Of a stretch of DNA of 48,604 bases, positions 47,096-48,604 are shown piece by piece (the stretch's first letter is position 1; each line of letters opens with the position of its first letter). Both the position numbers and the translations under genes were made by a program. The DNA comes from Eubacteriales bacterium (GTDB taxonomy: Bacteria; Bacillota; Clostridia; Oscillospirales; CAG-272), in assembly GCA_045637265.1 (NCBI GenBank), contig JAZTZC010000437.1:1-48604 (forward strand). The letters run 5' to 3'. A model generated the notes under the pieces. It worked only from the letters and a program-made list of their open reading frames with translations. It ran no database searches and was not told the origin of the DNA.

Positions 47096-47857
47096 ATGAA
47101 ACGACTGTATCTTTTTCTTCTGACGGCATTGCTTCTGCTCCCCCTGTTTTGTTCCTGTGTCATGACAGGTGAGGACGAAACACTGACCGCGCGCATTGTC
47201 CGCATTTATCCTGATGCTGACGCACTTCTGTTAGCGCCCATGGGCATGTCGGAGGGTCAACCACCGCTGTTTTTAGCATGGGAATGGCACGAACAGCTGT
47301 CGGAGGGTGACTGCATGGTACTGACCTATCGCGGCGAGATGGCCCCGGAGAAATCCCCGTATCTGAACGCGCCGGTATATCATCCCAAGAAAACCGTTTC
47401 CGTGACAACCGATGTCAAGCGATTTGACAATCTTGCATCCATCTATCTGAACGTGCTGACAGATCTTGCCAAAGAAGAAGAACAGTATTTTGACGGCAAG
47501 ACCCAGCTTGCCATTGACATCGAAGAAACCGCACTTCCCGCAAATGAACAGCACGCGATTGCCGCAGCGTTTGCGCAGATGTATCCATCCATGACCGTCA
47601 TTGAAGAATCCCGCTCCGATCTGAAAGCAAAGGGATTTCTGACACAGCTCTATGACGGTCCTCGTTGGTACTGGTCCGGCGGTGTGATTCTGAAAATCTA
47701 TGAAAACACAAAAAAATGTACCGATCGAACACGGTATTTCGGTACATCCTTCAACTGTGGCTTCACGCACGGATGGTCCGACTGCTCTACCTCGCGCGAT
47801 ACCGACAGCGGTGTCTGGTCTGCACACAAAGTCGGTGGCTTGTACATGGCTGACTGA
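47096..47857 (+). CDS. Lipoprotein of unknown function, paralog A
   Basis: AGGAGG RBS; signal peptide with FCSC lipobox. Confidence 0.8.
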   Translation: MKRLYLFLLTALLLLPLFCSCVMTGEDETLTARIVRIYPDADALLLAPMGMSEGQPPLFLAWEWHEQLSEGDCMVLTYRGEMAPEKSPYLNAPVYHPKKTVSVTTDVKRFDNLASIYLNVLTDLAKEEEQYFDGKTQLAIDIEETALPANEQHAIAAAFAQMYPSMTVIEESRSDLKAKGFLTQLYDGPRWYWSGGVILKIYENTKKCTDRTRYFGTSFNCGFTHGWSDCSTSRDTDSGVWSAHKVGGLYMAD

Positions 47858-47895
47858 TTCGCACAGAGGAACCAAACACAAAGGAGGATATTGCA

Positions 47896-48604
47896 ATGAA
47901 ACGATTCCTGTTATTTACATTAACCGCACTTCTCCTGCTCCTGCTGTTTTGTTCCTGTATCATGATGGGAGGCGAAGAAGAAACCCTCACCGCCCGTGTG
48001 ATCCGTATCTATCCAGATGCCGATGCAATTCTGCTTGCACCGACGGGGATGTCGGAGGGTCAGCCGCCGTTGTTTTTAGCATGGGAATGGCACGAACAGC
48101 TGTCGGAGGGTGACTGCATGGTACTGACCTATCGCGGCGGGATGGTCGAGGAAAAATCTCCGTATCTGAACGCGCCGGTATATCATCCCAAGAAAACCAT
48201 TTCCGTGACAACCGATGTCAAGCGATTTGATAATCTTGCGGCGGTCTATCTGCAAACGCTGATCGATCACGTCAATGAGAACGCCGGATTTGGCAATCCA
48301 TCCATGCTGTCGGTCGATCTATCAAAGACATCCCTTCCCGAAAACGAACGCGCCGCGTTCCGTCTTGCCATCGAGGAAATCACGGGGACTGTGCCGCTTA
48401 CGCTCTCTGTCACAGAGCTTGAAAAAGCGGGATATCTAATCAAAGACCCGATTCTTGAATGGGAGGAAGGATATGTCCTTTCCGTGATTGAAGCCGAAGA
48501 AAAATCCTACGGCACGAAAAAGTTCTTCCGTGTCGGCAGATGGAGAAGCGGACGGTATTCGACAAGTTGGATCGACAATACCACCGAATGTGACAAAAAC
48601 GGTG
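47896..48604 (+). CDS. Lipoprotein of unknown function, paralog B (runs off the window end; absent from the ORF track)
   Basis: AAGGAGG RBS; MKRFLLFTLTALLLLLLFCSC...; open frame to the window end; homologous to paralog A. Confidence 0.8.
   Translation, partial: MKRFLLFTLTALLLLLLFCSCIMMGGEEETLTARVIRIYPDADAILLAPTGMSEGQPPLFLAWEWHEQLSEGDCMVLTYRGGMVEEKSPYLNAPVYHPKKTISVTTDVKRFDNLAAVYLQTLIDHVNENAGFGNPSMLSVDLSKTSLPENERAAFRLAIEEITGTVPLTLSVTELEKAGYLIKDPILEWEEGYVLSVIEAEEKSYGTKKFFRVGRWRSGRYSTSWIDNTTECDKNG

Noticed and set aside
47246-48239. Repeat pair as a diversity-generating retroelement TR/VR
   Set aside because: Mismatches are not adenine-specific, both copies are in-frame N-terminal coding sequence, and no reverse transcriptase is in the window.
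1-48604. CRISPR arrays, cas genes, intact transposases, prophage or known defence systems
   Set aside because: No regularly spaced repeat-spacer array or corresponding protein motifs found by eye.

Overview
48.6 kb of chromosome from a Clostridia-type (Bacillota) bacterium, inferred from SLH proteins, lipoproteins, sigma-A TGnTATAAT promoters and a Firmicutes-style tRNA-Ile2. Most of it is housekeeping or carbohydrate/nucleoside metabolism: rplM-rpsI, pncB, deoB-cdd, M18 aminopeptidase, GH20, GH5, heparinase II/III, two ABC systems and a tRNA. Four things stand out. (1) A DIP1984-family coiled-coil gene is followed directly by a ~260-nt densely base-paired region with a perfect tRNA-like T-arm, a candidate undescribed ncRNA/ribonucleoprotein system. 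(2) Three tandem membrane-anchored MerR regulators share an identical recognition helix but have divergent extracytoplasmic domains. (3) A ~1.15-kb decayed integrative element sits at the rpsI 3' end, with 16-bp att repeats, an unannotated tyrosine-integrase remnant, candidate arm repeats and a cassette-like XRE gene; its promoter is duplicated in front of an adjacent accessory gene array. (4) A tandem lipoprotein pair shares a near-identical DNA block. All family calls come from motif recognition by eye; no searches were run.
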